Shown here piece after piece: positions 62,323 through 64,000 of a DNA stretch of 64,000 nt (position 1 is its first letter; each line of letters opens with the position of its first letter). This stretch comes from Camelus ferus. Its lineage: Eukaryota. The stretch spans positions 109,370,001-109,434,000 of the forward strand of contig NC_045697.1 of assembly GCF_009834535.1 (NCBI RefSeq). Direction: 5' to 3'. Below the pieces are notes generated by a model, which had not been told where the DNA came from, ran no database searches, and saw only the letters and a program-made list of their open reading frames with translations. A program made the position numbers and the translations under genes.

Positions 62323-62393
62323 CGGTTGAGCCTTTGCCGAACGTGGTGGAGCTGTGGCAGGCAGAAGAAGGGGAACTCCTGCTGCCCACTCAG
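62323..62393 (+). CDS. TMEM131L: TMEM131L coding exon 2, 71 nt, (A)[23 protein letters not shown]
   Basis: gttcttgcag| acceptor, CAG|gtgagg donor; phase 1 joins exon 1; matches human [24 protein letters not shown]. Confidence 0.95.
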
Positions 62394-63741
62394 GTGAGGA
62401 CGACCAGGTGACAGGGCGGCTGCGGGCTTGCGAGCGAGCAGAGGCCCGGAGGCCGCCGGCCCCGCGGCGGCACCGGCGCTCGGGCCACTTTGCAAGGCAA
62501 ATAAACGGTCGGCCGAGCCTTAACACCTGGCAGCGGTGGCCTGCCCGGCCTCCTCCCGCGCCATGTGACAGGCCGTGAGTCACGCCCGCCCCAAGTTCAG
62601 GAGGTGGGAGCCCAGGCCACCTCAGCAGGGCTGCGGCCAGCGGCGGCGGTGCCGAGGGGAAGGGCGGGCCCCGCGGCCGCCTGTGGGCCGGGGTGGGCGA
62701 GGGACCCGTGCCCTGGTCTCTGCGTGAGCCGTGCTGTGTGCCTGAGGACCACAGGCACAATATAGAATATTGATTTAAGAAATGTTAGTGAATGGTACTC
62801 ACCATTAGCGTTAAGTAGCTTTGGGATGGAGATGTGACCTAAAGGATTGTAATCTTGGATTTTTTCCAAGTACCTTTAATTCGTGTTAGAATACACCCTC
62901 CTGTTAAGAACCTGAATTTCAGGTTTTGGGGTTTTTCCCCCCCTATAGGATATAATGATTGCATGTGGAAAAATCATTGCTAACAATTTGTTAGGCATCT
63001 GGCATCATACAGGGTTCACTGCTGCCACAGATACAGGACTGCAAAGCTGTCGTGTTTCAGGTTTAACTTTTAGGAGAGATTCTCATTGACTGCAGATGTG
63101 CACATTGAAATATCATGTTGGCTGTTTTTCAGCAGCAGCAGTAGTAACCTCAAATGCATGGGTTTTTTTTTTGGTGGGGAGAGTATTTTGAATTACAAGG
63201 AAATATTCAGCTTGTGTGCCGTGATTTTTCAGATGTTCATTACTTCCCACATTGGTGGCAGCACTTAATTCTATGTTGTCTCTTGTGCCTGTTCAGAAAA
63301 CAGGATATCTAGCTGTAACTTGACTGGAGTGCACTTTTACATTTCAGCGTTCTCCCTCCTGTGTGAAGCGTTTAGAGTGCTGGTTTTGAGATATTTGGAA
63401 TATTCCTTTTAACCGGGCTAATGAATAACAGCTTCAAGGTAGAGAGGTGATTTTTAGAGGAAAAATTTCCTGGACCTTCCCTGAAGGCCAGCGGGCTGAA
63501 TGGGACCAGTCCTTGGAGAAAAAGCCCCATCAGGATGGGAAGCAAATAGTTTGTCCTTCTCAAAGTTTATTCTTAAGTGGATTTTTTTCCTGATTGTAGT
63601 TAGCAGATATATAGAATATAGAAAGATAAAAAGAACGGAATAGAAATCATGCAGTTCCTGCTGCGAGAACCACACTTAACATTTGACACATTCACTTTTA
63701 AAGAAATACAGTGTAGTAGTGTTTGTGTGTGTCAGAGTTTT

Positions 63742-63951
63742 CAGCAGAGGCGTTAGTGACTGGAGAACTGCTTATTGTGGGGGACTGTCCTGGGCACTGT
63801 AGGCTGCTGAGCAGTTAGGGCATCTCTGCCTCTACCCGCTAGATACCAGTGGCACTCCCTCCCCCACCCCCGAAGTAGTGACAGCTAAAAATGTCTCCAG
63901 ACATTGCCAGATGTCCCTGGGGAGCAGGATTGCCCGGGTTGAGAAGCACTG
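63742..63951. mobile_element. MER20 hAT-Charlie element in TMEM131L intron 2
   Basis: ggactgtcctgggcactgtagg..ctctacccgctagat.ccagt.gca..aaaaatgtctccagacattgcca.atgtccctgggg..gttgagaa.cactg. Confidence 0.88.
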
Positions 63952-64000
63952 GTGTATATCTATACATATTTGCATTTTTACTCAGTTGTGGCCTCTACCT

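Larger units (their letters stand above)
60800..62750. promoter_or_regulatory. TMEM131L: CpG island promoter of TMEM131L with GC-box (GGGGCGGGGC) array at 61346-61426
   Basis: Very GC- and CpG-dense; tandem Sp/KLF-type boxes ~70 nt upstream of the ATG; spans exons 1-2. Confidence 0.92.

Noticed and set aside
60492..62869. Many long overlapping ORFs (up to 372 aa) on both strands
   Set aside because: Stop-codon depletion in a GC-rich CpG island; low-complexity R/G/A/P translations; real coding parts are the two short TMEM131L exons
1..64000. CRISPR arrays, rRNA, operons or prokaryotic defence systems
   Set aside because: Sequence is mammalian; no regularly spaced direct repeats or prokaryotic gene structure seen

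Overview
Mammalian genomic DNA, almost certainly camelid (camel/alpaca/llama): it carries 12 copies of a short tRNA-derived SINE matching the camelid vic-1 family. The window holds the last four coding exons and 3' end of MND1 (+ strand, 2914-22727) and the CpG-island promoter plus first two coding exons of TMEM131L/KIAA0922 (+ strand, ATG at 61496), in the same order as in human. Much of the rest is interspersed repeats (a near full-length old L1MB-type element in MND1 intron 6, many TSD-flanked young L1 3' fragments, SINEs, MIR, L2, MLT1, MER). The most interesting unexplained signal is in the ~38 kb intergenic interval: an orphan CpG island at ~52.0-52.8 kb ending in a minus-strand splice donor, followed by a chain of repeat-free, AG/GT-bounded minus-strand segments (49.5 to 30.7 kb) that can be joined in matching phase. 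These may be the remains of an unannotated multi-exon gene, with tentative LRR/TIR (TLR2-like) resemblance. This is a by-eye inference with real freedom in exon and frame choice and needs alignment to confirm. A second notable item is a young L1 variant with a replaced 3' UTR, present twice. Repeat family names are from recall of consensus sequences and repeat boundaries are approximate.
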